Shown here one piece after another: positions 1 through 13,300 of a DNA stretch of 64,000 nt. Each line of letters opens with the position of its first letter. Positions within the stretch are counted from its first letter, which is position 1. A program made the translations under genes and the position numbers. The notes under the pieces were generated by a model, which saw only the letters and a program-made list of their open reading frames with translations, was not told the DNA's origin and made no database searches. Source of the stretch: Eledone cirrhosa (taxonomy: Eukaryota); the NCBI GenBank assembly GCA_964016885.1, contig OZ024750.1:41540001-41604000 (forward strand), read 5' to 3'.

Positions 1-1399
1 TGGTAAGGAGTGACAGACTCTACACCCCAGTCTAGGTGGTATATCTCAGCTGGGAGTGACGACTCTACACCCCAGTCTAGGTGGTATATCTCAGCTGTGG
101 CAGGGAGTGACAGATTCTACACCCCAGTCTAGGTGGTATATCTCAGCTGTGGGGGGGAGTGACGACTCTACACCCCAGTCTAGGTGGTATATCTCAGCTG
201 TGGTAGGGACTGACAGACTCTACACCCCAGTCTAGGTGGTATATCTCAGCTGTGGTAGGGAGTGACAGACTCTACATCCCAGTCTAGGTGGTATATCTCA
301 GCTGTGGTGGGGAGTGACAGACTCTACACCCCAGTCTTGGTGGTATATCTCAGCTGGGAGTGACAGACTCTACACCCCAGTCTAGAGGGTATATCTCAGC
401 TGTGGTAAGGAGTGACAGACTCTACAACCCAGTCTAGGTGGTATATCTCAGCTGTGGTGGGGACTGACATACTCTACACCCCAGTCTAGGTGGTATATCT
501 CAGCTGGGAGTGACAGACTCTACACCCCAGTCTAGGTGGTATATCTCAGCTGGGAGTGACAGACTCTACACCCCAGTCTAGAGGGTATATCTCAGCTGTG
601 GTAAGGAGTGACAGACTCTACACCCAGGTCTAGGTGGTATATCTCAGCTGTGGTGGGGAGTGACAGACTCTACACCCCAGTCTAGGTGGTATATCTTAGC
701 TGGGAGTCACAGACTCTACACCCCAGTCTAGGTGGTATATCTCAGCTGTGGCAGGGAGTGACAGACTCTACACCCCAGTCTAGGTGGTATATCTCAGCTG
801 TGATAGGGAGTGACAGACTCTACACCCCAGTCTAGGTGGTATATCTCAGCTGGGGTGACAGACTCTACACCCCAGTCTAGGTGGTATATCTCAGCTGTGG
901 CAGGGAGTGACAGACTCTACACCCCAGTCCAGGTGGTATATCTCAGCTGTGGTGAGGAGTGACAGACTCTACACCCCAGTCTAGGTGGTATATCTCAGCT
1001 GTGGTAGGGAGTAACAGACTCATCACCCCAGTCTAAAGGGTATATCTCAGCTGTGGTAGGGAGTCACAGACTCCACACCCCAGTCTAGGTGGTATATCTC
1101 AGCTGTGGTAGGGAGTGACAGATTCTACACCACAGTCTAGAGGGTATATCTCAGCTGTGGTAGGGAGTGGCAGACTCTACACCCCAGTCTAGGTGGTATA
1201 TCTCAGCTGTGGTAGGGAGTGACAGACTCCACACCCGAGTCTAGGTGGTATATCTCAGCTGGGAGTGACAGACTCTACACCCCAGTCTAGAGGGTATATC
1301 TCAGCTGTGGTAAGGAGTGACAGACTCTACACCCCAGTCTAGGTGGTATATCTCAGCTGTGGTGGGGACTGACAGACTCTACACCCAGTCTAGGTGGTA

Positions 1400-4300
1400 T
1401 ATTTCCACCGTGGTAGGGAGTGACAGACTCTACACCCCAGTCTAGAGGGTATATTTCAGCTGTGGTAAGGAGTGGCAGACTCTAAACCCCAGTCTAGGTG
1501 GTATATCTCAGCTGTGGTAGGGAGTGACAGACTCTACACCCCAGTCTAGGTGGTATACCTCAGCTGTGGTAGAGAGTGACAGACTCCACACCCCAGTCTA
1601 GGTGGTATATCTCAGCTGTGGTAGGGAGTGACAGACTCTACACCCCAGTCTGGGTCGTATATCTCAGCTGTGGCAGGGAGTGACAGACTCTACACCCCAG
1701 TCTAGGTGGTATATCTCAGCTGTGGTGGGGAGTGGCAAACTCTACACCCCAGTCAAGGTGGTATATCTCAGCTGTGGTAGGGAGTGACAGACTCTACACC
1801 CCAGTCTAGGTGGTATACCTCAGCTGTGGTAGAGAGTGACAGACTCTACACCCCAGTCTAGGTGGTATATCTCAGCTGTGGTAGGGAGTGGCAAACTCTA
1901 CACCCCAGTCAAGGTGGTATATCTCAGCTGTGGTAGGGAGTGACAGACTCTACACCCCAGTCTAGGTGGTATACCTCAGCTGTGGTAGAGAGTGACAGAC
2001 TCTACACCCCAGTCTAGGTGGTATATCTCAGCTGTGGCAGGGAGTGACAGACTCTGCACCCCAGTCTAGGTGGTATATCTCAGCTGTGGTAGGTAGTGAC
2101 AGACTCTACACCCCAGTCTAGGTGGTATATCTCAGCTGTGGTAGGGAGAGGTAGACTCTACACCCCAGTCTAGGTGGTATATCTCAGCTGTGGTGGGGAC
2201 TGACAGACTCTAAACCACAGTCTAGCTGGTATATCTCAGCTGTGGTAGGGAGTGACAGACTCTACACCCCAGTCTAGGTGATATATCTCAGTTGTGGTAG
2301 GGAGTGACAGATTCTACACCACTGTCTAGAGGGTATATCTCAGCTGTGGTAGGGATTGGCAGACTCTACACCCCAGTTTAGGTGGTATATCTCAACTGTG
2401 GTAGGGAGTGACAGACTCTACACCCCAGTCTAGGTGGTATATCTCAGCTGTGGTAGTGAGTGACAGACTCTACACCCCAGTCTAGGTGGTATATCTCAGC
2501 TGGGAGTGACAGACTCTACACCCCAGTCTAGAGGGTATATCTCAGCTGTGGTAAGCAGTGACAGACTCTACACCCCAGTCTAGGTGGTATATCTCAGCTG
2601 TGGTAGGGAGTGACAGACCCTACACCCCAGTCTAGGTGGTATACCTCAGCTGTGGTAGAGAGTGACAGACTCTACACCCCAGTCTAGGTGGTATATCTCA
2701 GCTGTGGTAGGAAGTGACAGACTCTACACCCCAGACTAGGTGGTATATCTCAGCTGGGAGTTACAGACTCTACACCCCAGTCTAGAGGGTATATCTCAGC
2801 TGTGGTAGGGAGTGACAGACTCTACACCACAGTCTAGGTGGTATATATCAGCTGTGGTAGGGACTGACAGACTCTACACCCCAGTCTAGGTGATATATCT
2901 CAGCTGTGGTGGGGAGTGACAGACTCTACACCCCAGTCTAGGTGGTATATCTCAGCTGGGAGTGACAGACTCTACACCCCAGTCTAGAGGGTATATCTCA
3001 GCTGTGGTAGGGAGTGACAGACTCTACACCACAGTCTAGGTGGTATATCTCAGCTGTGGTAAGGAGTGACAGACTCTACACCCCAGTCTAGGTGGTATAT
3101 CTCAGCTGTGGTAAGGAGTGACAGACTCTACACCCCAGTCTAGTTGGTATATCTCAGCTGTGGTGGGGACTGACAGACTCTACACCCCAGTCTAGGTGGT
3201 ATATCTCAGCTGTGGTGGGGACTGACAGACTCTACACCCCAGTCTACGTGGTATATCTCAGCTGTGGTAGGGAGTGACAGACTCTACACCCCAGTCTAGG
3301 TGGTATATCTCAGCTGGGAGTGACAGACTCTACACCCCAGTCCAGGTGGTATATCTCAGCTGTGGTGAGGAGTGACAGACTCTACACCCCAGTCTAGGTG
3401 GTATATCTCAGCTGTGAGTGACGACTCTACACCCCAGTCAAGGTGGTATATCTCAGCTGTGGCAGAGAGTGACAGACTATACACCCCAGTCTAGGTGGTA
3501 TATCTCAGCTGTGGTAGGGAGTGACAGACTCTACACCCCAGTCTAGGTGGTATATCTCAGCTGGGAGTGACAGACTCTACACTCCAGTCCAGGTGGTATA
3601 TCTCAGCTGTGGTAAGGAGTGACAGACTATACACCCCAGTCTAGGTGGTATATCTCAGCTGTGGTGGGGAGTGACAGACTCTACACCCCAGTCTAGGTGG
3701 TATATCTCAGCTGTGGCAGGGAGTGACAGACTCTACACCCCAGTCTAGGTGGTATATCTCAGCTGTGGTGGGGAGTGACAGACTCTACACCCCAGTCTAG
3801 GTGGTATATCTCAGCTGTGGCTGGGAGTGACAGACTCTTCACCCCAGTCTAGGTGGTATATCTCAGCTGTGGCAGGGAGTGACAGACTCTATACCCCAGT
3901 CTAGGTGGTATATCTCAGCTGTGGGAGGGAGTGGCAGACTCTACACCCCAGTCTGGGTGGTATATCTCAGCTGTGGTAGGGAGTGACTGACTCTACACCC
4001 CAGTCTAGGTGGTATATCTCAGCTGTGGTAGGGAGTGACAGACTCCACACCCCAGTCTAGGTGGTATATCTCAGCTGGGAGTGACAGACTCTACACCCCA
4101 GTCTAGGTGGTATATCTCAGCTGTGGTAAGGAGTGACAGATTCTACACCCCAGTCTAGGTGGTATATCTCAGCTGTGGCAGGGAGTGACAGACTCTACAC
4201 CCCAGTCTAGGTGGTATATCTCTGCTGTGGTAGGGAGTGAAAGACTCTACACCCCAGTCCAGGTGGTATATCTCCACTGTTGTAGGGAGTGACAGACTCT

Positions 4301-7300
4301 ACACCCCAGTCCAGCTGGTATATCTCCACTGTGGTAGGGAGTGACAGACTCTACACCCCAGTCTAGGTGGTATATCTCAGCTGTGGTAGGGAGTTGCAGA
4401 CTCTACACCCCAGTCTAGGTGGTATATCTCAGCTTTGGTAGGGAGTGACAGACTCTACACCCCAGTCTAGGTGGTATATCTCAGCTGTGGTAGGGAGTGA
4501 CAGACTCTACACCCCAGTCCAGGTGGTATATCTCAGCTGTGGTGGGGAGTGACAGAATCTACACCCCAGTCTAGGTGGTATATCTCAGCTGTGGTGGGGA
4601 GTGACAGACTCTACACCCCAGTCTATGTGGTACATATCAGCTGTGGTGGGGAGTGACAGACTCTACACCCCAGTCTAGGTGGTATATCTCAGCTGTGGTG
4701 GGGAGTGACAGACTCTACACCCCAGTCTAGGTGGTATATCTCAGCTGTGGTGGGGAGTGACAGACTCTACACCCCAGTCCAGGTGGTATATCTCAGCTGT
4801 GGTGGGGAGTGACAGACTCTGTACCCCAGTCTAGGTGGTATATCTCAGCTGTGGTGGGGAGTGACCACTCTACACCCCAGTCTAGGTGGTATATCTCAGC
4901 TGTGGTGGGGAGTGACAGACTCTACACCCCAGACTAGGTGGTATATCTCAGCTGTGGCAGGGAGTGACAGACTCTACACCCCAGTCTAGGTGGTATATCT
5001 CAGCTGTGGTAGGGAGTGACAGACTCTACACCCCAGACTAGGTGGTATATCTCAGCTGTGGCAGGGAGTGACAGACTCTACACCCCAGACTAGGTGGTAT
5101 ATCTCAGCTGTGGTAGGGAGTGACAGACTCTACACCCCAGTCTAGGTGGTATATCTCAGCTGTTGTGGGGAGTGACAGACTCTACACCCCAGTCTAGGTG
5201 GTATATCTCAGCTGTGGTAGGGAGTGACAGACTCTACACCCCAGTCTAGGTGGTATATCTCAGCTGGGAGTGACAGACTCTACACTCCAGTCCAGGTGGT
5301 ATATCTCAGCTGTGGTAAGGAGTGACAGACTCTACACCCCAGTCTAGGTGGTATATCTCAGCTGGGAGTGACGACTCTTCACCCCAGTCTAAATGGTATA
5401 TCTCAGCTGTGGCAGGGAGTGACAGACTTTACACCCCAGTCTAGGTGGTATATCTCAGCTGTGGTGGGGAGTGACAGACTCTACACCCCAGTCTAGGTGG
5501 TATATCTCAGCTGGGAGTGACAGACTCTACACCCCAGTCTAGGTGGTATATCTCAGCTGTGGCAGGGAGTGACAGACTCTACACCCCAGTCTAGGTGGTA
5601 TATCTCAGCTGTGGCAGGGAGTGACAGACTCTACACCCCAGTCTAGGTGGTATATCTCAGCTGTGGTGGGGACTGACAGACTCTACACCCCAGTCTAGGT
5701 GGTATATCTCAGCTGTGGTAGGGACTGACACACTCTACACCCCAGTTTAGGTGATATATCACAGCTGTGGTGGGAGTGACAGACTCTACACCCCAGTCTA
5801 GACGGTATATCTCAGCTGTGGTAAGGAGTGACAGACTCAACACCCCAGTCTAGGTGGTATATCTCAGCTGTGGTAGGGAGTGACAGACTCTACACCCCAG
5901 TCTAGGTGGTATACCTCAGCTGTGGTAGAGAGTGACAGACTCCACACCCCAGTCTAGGTGGTATATCTCAGCTGTGGTAGGGAGTGACAGACTCTACACC
6001 CCAGTCTAGGTGGTATATCTCAGCTGTGGCAGGGAGTGACAGACTCTGCACCCCAGTCTAGGTGGTATATCTCAGCTGTGGCAGGGAGTGACAGACTCTA
6101 CACCACAGTCTAGGTGGTATATATCAGCTGTGGTAGGGACTGACAGACTCTACACCCCAGTCTAGGTGATATATCTCAGCTGTGGTGGGGAGTGACAGAC
6201 TCTACACCCCAGTCTAGGTGGTATATCTCAGCTGGGAGTGACAGACTCTACACCCCAGTCTAGAGGGTATATCTCAGCTGTGGTAGGGAGTGACAGACTC
6301 TACACCCCAGTCTAGAGGGTATATTTCAGCTGTGGTAAGGAGTGGCAGACTCTAAACCGCAGTCTAGGTGGTATATCACAGCTGTGGTAGGGAGTGACAG
6401 ACTCTACACCCCAGTCTAGGTGGTATACCTCAGCTGTGGTAGAGAGTGACAGACTCTACACCCCAGTCTAGAGGGTATATCTCAGCTGTGGTAGGGAGTG
6501 ACAGACTCTACACCCCAGTCTGGGTCGTATATCTCAGTTGTGGCAGGGAGTGGCAAACTCTACACCCCAGTCAAGGTGGTATATCTCAGCTGTGGTAGGG
6601 AGTGACAGACTCTACACCCCAGTCTAGGTGGTATATCTCAGCTGTGGTAGAGAGTGACAGATTCTACACCACAGTCTAGAGGGTATATCTCAGCTGTGGT
6701 AGAGAGTGACAGACTCTACACCCCAGTCTAGGTGGTATATCTCAGCTGTGGCAGGGAGTGACAGACTCTGCACCCCAGTCTAGGTGGTATATCTCAGCTG
6801 TGGTAGGTAGTGACAGACTCTACACCCCAGTCTAGGTGGTATATCTCAGCTGTGGTAGGGAGAGGTAGACTCTACACCCCAGTCTAGGTGGTATATCTCA
6901 GCTGTGGTGGGGACTGACAGACTCTAAACCACAGTCTAGCTGGTAAATCTCAGCTGTGGTAGGGAGTGACAGACTCTACACCCCAGTCTAGGTGGTATAT
7001 CTCAGTTGTGGTAGGGAGTGACAGATTCTACACCACTGTCTAGAGGGTATATCTCAGCTGTGGTAGGGATTGGCAGACTCTACACCCCAGTTTAGGTGGT
7101 ATATCTCAACTGTGGTAGGGAGTGACAGACTCTACACCCCAGTCTAGGTGGTATATCTCAGCTGTGGTAGTGAGTGACAGACTCTACACCCCAGTCTAGG
7201 TGGTATATCTCAGCTGGGAGTGACAGACTCTACACCCCAGTCTAGAGGGTATATCTCAGCTGTGGTAAGCAGTGACAGACTCTACACCCCAGTCTAGGTG

Positions 7301-10300
7301 GTATATCTCAGCTGTGGTAGGGAGTGACAGACCCTACACCCCAGTCTAGGTGGTATATCTCAGCTGTGGTAGTGAGTGACAGACTCTACACCCCAGTCTA
7401 GGTGGTATATCTCAGCTGGGAGTGACAGACTCTACACCCCAGTCTAGAGGGTATATCTCAGCTGTGGTAAGCAGTGACAGACTCTACACCCCAGTCTAGG
7501 TGGTATACCTCAGCTGTGGTAGAGAGTGACAGACTCTACACCCCAGTCTAGGTGGTATATCTCAGCTGTGGTAGGAAGTGACAGACTCTACACCACAGTC
7601 TAGGTGGTATATCTCAGCTGGGAGTTACAGACTCTACACCCCAGTCTAGAGGGTATATCTCAGCTGTGGTAGGGAGTGACAGACTCTACACCACAGTCTA
7701 GGTGGTATATATCAGCTGTGGTAGGGACTGACAGACTCTACACCCCAGTCTAGGTGATATATCTCAGCTGTGGTGGGGAGTGACAGACTCTACACCCCAG
7801 TCTAGGTGGTATATCTCAGCTGGGAGTGACAGACTCTACACCCCAGTCTAGAGGGTATATCTCAGCTGTGGTAGGGAGTGACAGACTCTACACCACAGTC
7901 TAGGTGGTATATCTCAGCTGTGGTAAGGAGTGACAGACTCTTCACCCCAGTCTAGGTGGTATATCTCAGCTGTGGTAAGGAGTGACAGACTCTACACCCC
8001 AGTCTAGTTGGTATATCTCAGCTGTGGTGGGGACTGACAGACTCTACACCCCAGTCTAGGTGGTATATCTCAGCTGTGGTGGGGACTGACAGACTCTACA
8101 CCCCAGTCTACGTGGTATATCTCAGCTGTGGTAGGGAGTGACAGACTCTACACCCCAGTCTAGGTGGTATATCTCAGCTGGGAGTGACAGACTCTACACC
8201 CCAGTCCAGGTGGTATATCTCAGCTGTGGTGAGGAGTGACAGACTCTACACCCCAGTCTAGGTGGTATATCTCAGCTGTGAGTGACGACTCTACACCCCA
8301 GTCAAGGTGGTATATCTCAGCTGTGGCAGGGAGTGGCAGACTATACACCCCAGTCTAGGTGGTATATCTCAGCTGTGGTGGGGAGTGACAGACTCTACAC
8401 CCCAGTCTAGGTGGTATATCTCAGCTGTGGCAGGGAGTGACAGACTCTACACCCCAGTCTAGGTGGTATATCTCAGCTGTGGTAGGGAGTGACAGACTCT
8501 ACACCCCAGTCTAGGTGGTATATCTCAGCTGGGAGTGACAGACTCTACACTCCAGTCCAGGTGGTATATCTCAGCTGTGGTAAGGAGTGACAGACTATAC
8601 ACCCCAGTCTAGGTGGTATATCTCAGCTGTGGTGGGGAGTGACAGACTCTACACCCCAGTCTAGGTGGTATATCTCAGCTGTGGCAGGGAGTGACAGACT
8701 CTACACCCCAGTCTAGGTGGTATATCTCAGCTGTGGTGGGGAGTGACAGACTCTACACCCCAGTCTAGGTGGTATATCTCAGCTGTGGCAGGGAGTGACA
8801 GACTCTTCACCCCAGTCTAGGTGGTATATCTCAGCTGTGGCAGGGAGTGACAGACACTACACCCCAGTCTAGGTGGTATATCTCAGCTGTGGGAGGGAGT
8901 GGCAGACTCTACACCCCAGTCTGGGTGGTATATCTCAGCTGTGGTAGGGAGTGACAGACTCTACACCCCAGTCTAGGTGGTATATCTCAGCTGTGGCAGG
9001 GAGTGACAGACTCTGCACCCCAGTCTAGGTGGTATATCTCGCTGTGGCAGGGAGTGACAGACTCTACACCACAGTCTAGGTGGTATATATCAGCTGTGGT
9101 AGGGACTGACAGACTCTACACCCCAGTCTAGGTGATATATCTCAGCTGTGGTGGGGAGTGACAGACTCTACACCCCAGTCTAGGTGGTATATCTCAGCTG
9201 GGAGTGACAGACTCTACACCCCAGTCTAGAGGGTATATCTCAGCTGTGGTAGGGAGTGACAGACTCTACACCCCAGTCTAGAGGGTATATTTCAGCTGTG
9301 GTAAGGAGTGGCAGACTCTAAACCGCAGTCTAGGTGGTATATCTCAGCTGTGGTAGGGAGTGACAGACTCTACACCCCAGTCTAGGTGGTATACCTCAGC
9401 TGTGGTAGAAAGTGACAGACTCTACACCCCAGTCTAGAGGGTATATCTCAGCTGTGGTAGGGAGTGACAGACTCTACACCCCAGTCTGGGTCGTATATCT
9501 CAGCTGTGGCAGGGAGTGGCAAACTCTACACCCCAGTCAAGGTGGTATATCTCAGCTGTGGTAGGGAGTGACAGACTCTACACCCCAGTCTAGGTGGTAT
9601 ATCTCAGCTGTGGTAGAGAGTGACAGATTCTACACCACAGTCTAGAGGGTATATCTCAGCTGTGGTAGAGAGTGACAGACTCTACACCCCAGTCTAGGTG
9701 GTATATCTCAGCTGTGGCAGGGAGTGACAGACTCTGCACCCCAGTCTAGGTGGTATATCTCAGCTGTGGTAGGTAGTGACAGACTCTACACCCCAGTCTA
9801 GGTGGTATATCTCAGCTGTGGTAGGGAGAGGTAGACTCTACACCCCAGTCTAGGTGGTATATCTCAGCTGTGGTGGGGACTGACAGACTCTAAACCACAG
9901 TCTAGCTGGTAAATCTCAGCTGTGGTAGGGAGTGACAGACTCTACACCCCAGTCTAGGTGGTATATCTCAGTTGTGGTAGGGAGTGACAGATTCTACACC
10001 ACTGTCTAGAGGGTATATCTCAGCTGTGGTAGGGATTGGCAGACTCTACACCCCAGTCTAGGTGGTATATCTCAGCTGTGGTAGTGAGTGACAGACTCTA
10101 CACCCCAGTCTAGGTGGTATATCTCAGCTGGGAGTGACAGACTCTACACCCCAGTCTAGAGGGTATATCTCAGCTGTGGTAAGCAGTGACAGACTCTACA
10201 CCCCAGTCTAGGTGGTATATCTCAGCTGTGGTAGGGAGTGACAGACCCTACACCCCAGTCTAGGTGGTATATCTCAGCTGTGGTAGTGAGTGACAGACTC

Positions 10301-13300
10301 TACACCCCAGTCTAGGTGGTATATCTCAGCTGGGAGTGACAGACTCTACACCCCAGTCTAGAGGGTATATCTCAGCTGTGGTAAGCAGTGACAGACTCTA
10401 CACCCCAGTCTAGGTGGTATACCTCAGCTGTGGTAGAGAGTGACAGACTCTACACCCCAGTCTAGGTGGTATATCTCAGCTGTGGTAGGAAGTGACAGAC
10501 TCTACACCCCAGTCTAGGTGGTATATCTCAGCTGGGAGTTACAGACTCTACACCCCAGTCTAGAGGGTATATCTCAGCTGTGGTAGGGAGTGACAGACTC
10601 TACACCACAGTCTAGGTGGTATATATCAGCTGTGGTAGGGACTGACAGACTCTACACCCCAGTCTAGGTGATATATCTCAGCTGTGGTGGGGAGTGACAG
10701 ACTCTACACCCCAGTCTAGGTGGTATATCTCAGCTGGGAGTGACAGACTCTACACCCCAGTCTAGAGGGTATATCTCAGCTGTGGTAGGGAGTGACAGAC
10801 TCTACACCACAGTCTAGGTGGTATATCTCAGCTGTGGTAAGGAGTGACAGACTCTACACCCCAGTCTAGGTGGTATATCTCAGCTGTGGTAAGGAGTGAC
10901 AGACTCTACACCCCAGTCTAGTTGGTATATCTCAGCTGTGGTGGGGACTGACAGACTCTACACCCCAGTCTAGGTGGTATATCTCAGCTGTGGTGGGGAC
11001 TGACAGACTCTACACCCCAGTCTACGTGGTATATCTCAGCTGTGGTAGGGAGTGACAGACTCTACACCCCAGTCTAGGTGGTATATCTCAGCTGGGAGTG
11101 ACAGACTCTACACCCCAGTCCAGGTGGTATATCTCAGCTGTGGTGAGGAGTGACAGACTCTACACCCCAGTCTAGGTGGTATATCTCAGCTGTGAGTGAC
11201 GACTCTACACCCCAGTCAAGGTGGTATATCTCAGCTGTGGCAGGGAGTGGCAGACTATACACCCCAGTCTAGGTGGTATATCTCAGCTGTGGTGGGGAGT
11301 GACAGACTCTACACCCCAGTCTAGGTGGTATATCTCAGCTGTGGCAGGGAGTGACAGACTCTACACCCCAGTCTAGGTGGTATATCTCAGCTGTGGTAGG
11401 GAGTGACAGACTCTACACCCCAGTCTAGGTGGTATATCTCAGCTGGGAGTGACAGACTCTACACTCCAGTCCAGGTGGTATATCTCAGCTGTGGTAAGGA
11501 GTGACAGACTATACACCCCAGTCTAGGTGGTATATCTCAGCTGTGGTGGGGAGTGACAGACTCTACACCCCAGTCTAGGTGGTATATCTCAGCTGTGGCA
11601 GGGAGTGACAGACTCTACACCCCAGTCTAGGTGGTATATCTCAGCTGTGGTGGGGAGTGACAGACTCTACACCCCAGTCTAGGTGGTATATCTCAGCTGT
11701 GGCAGGGAGTGACAGACTCTTCACCCCAGTCTAGGTGGTATATCTCAGCTGTGGCAGGGAGTGACAGACTCTACACCCCAGTCTAGGTGGTATATCTCAG
11801 CTGTGGGAGGGAGTGGCAGACTCTACACCCCAGTCTGGGTGGTATATCTCAGCTGTGGTAGGGAGTGACTGACTCTACACCCCAGTCTAGGTGGTATATC
11901 TCAGCTGTGGTAGGGAGTGACAGACTCCACACCCCAGTCTAGGTGGTATATCTCAGCTGGGAGTGACAGACTCTACACCCCAGTCTAGGTGGTATATCTC
12001 AGCTGTGGTAAGGAGTGACAGATTCTACACCCCAGTCTAGGTGGTATATCTCAGCTGTGGCAGGGAGTGACAGACTCTACACCCCAGTCTAGGTGGTATA
12101 TCTCTGCTGTGGTAGGGAGTGACAGACTCTACACCCCAGTCCAGGTGGTATATCTCCACTGTTGTAGGGAGTGACAGACTCTACACCCCAGTCTAGGTGG
12201 TATATCTCTGCTGTGGTAGGGAGTGACAGACTCTACACCCCAGTCCAGCTGGTATATCTCCACTGTGGTAGGGAGTGACAGACTCTACACCCCAGTCTAG
12301 GTGGTATATCTCAGCTGTGGTAGGGAGTTGCAGACTCTACACCCCAGTCTAGGTGGTATATCTCAGCTTTGGTAGGGAGTGACAGACTCTACACCCCAGT
12401 CTAGGTGGTATATCTCAGCTGTGGTAGGGAGTGACAGACTCTACACCCCAGTCCAGGTGGTATATCTCAGCTGTGGCAGGGAGTGACAGAATCTACACCC
12501 CAGTCTAGGTGGTATATCTCAGCTGTGGTGGGGAGTGACAGACTCTACACCCCAGTCTATGTGGTACATATCAGCTGTGGTGGGGAGTGACAGACTCTAC
12601 ACCCCAGTCTAGGTGGTATATCTCAGCTGGGAGTGACAGACTCTACACCCCAGTCTAGGTGGAATATCTCAGCTGTGGCAGGGAGTGACAGACTCTACAC
12701 CCCAGTCCAGGTGGTATATCTCAGCTGTGGTGGGGAGTGACAGACTCAGCACCCCAGTCTAGGTGGTATATCTCAGCTGTGGTGGGGAGTGACCACTCTA
12801 CACCCCAGTCTAGGTGGTATATCTCAGCTGTGGTGGGGAGTGACAGACTCTACACCCCAGACTAGGTGGTATATCTCAGCTGTGGCAGGGAGTGACAGAC
12901 TCTACACCCCAGTCTAGGTGGTATATCTCAGCTGTGGTAGGGAGTGACAGACTCTACACCCCAGTCTAGGTGGTATATCTCAGCTGTGGTAGGGAGTGAC
13001 AGACTCTACACCCCAGACTAGGTGGTATATCTCAGCTGTGGCAGGGAGTGACAGACTCTACACCCCAGACTAGGTGGTATATCTCAGCTGTGGTAGGGAG
13101 TGACAGACTCTACACCCCAGTCTAGGTGGTATATCTCAGCTGTTGTGGGGAGTGACAGACTCTACACCCCAGTCTAGGTGGTATATCTCAGCTGTGGTAG
13201 GGAGTGACAGACTCTACACCCCAGTCTAGGTGGTATATCTCAGCTGGGAGTGACAGACTCTACACTCCAGTCCAGGTGGTATATCTCAGCTGTGGTAAGG

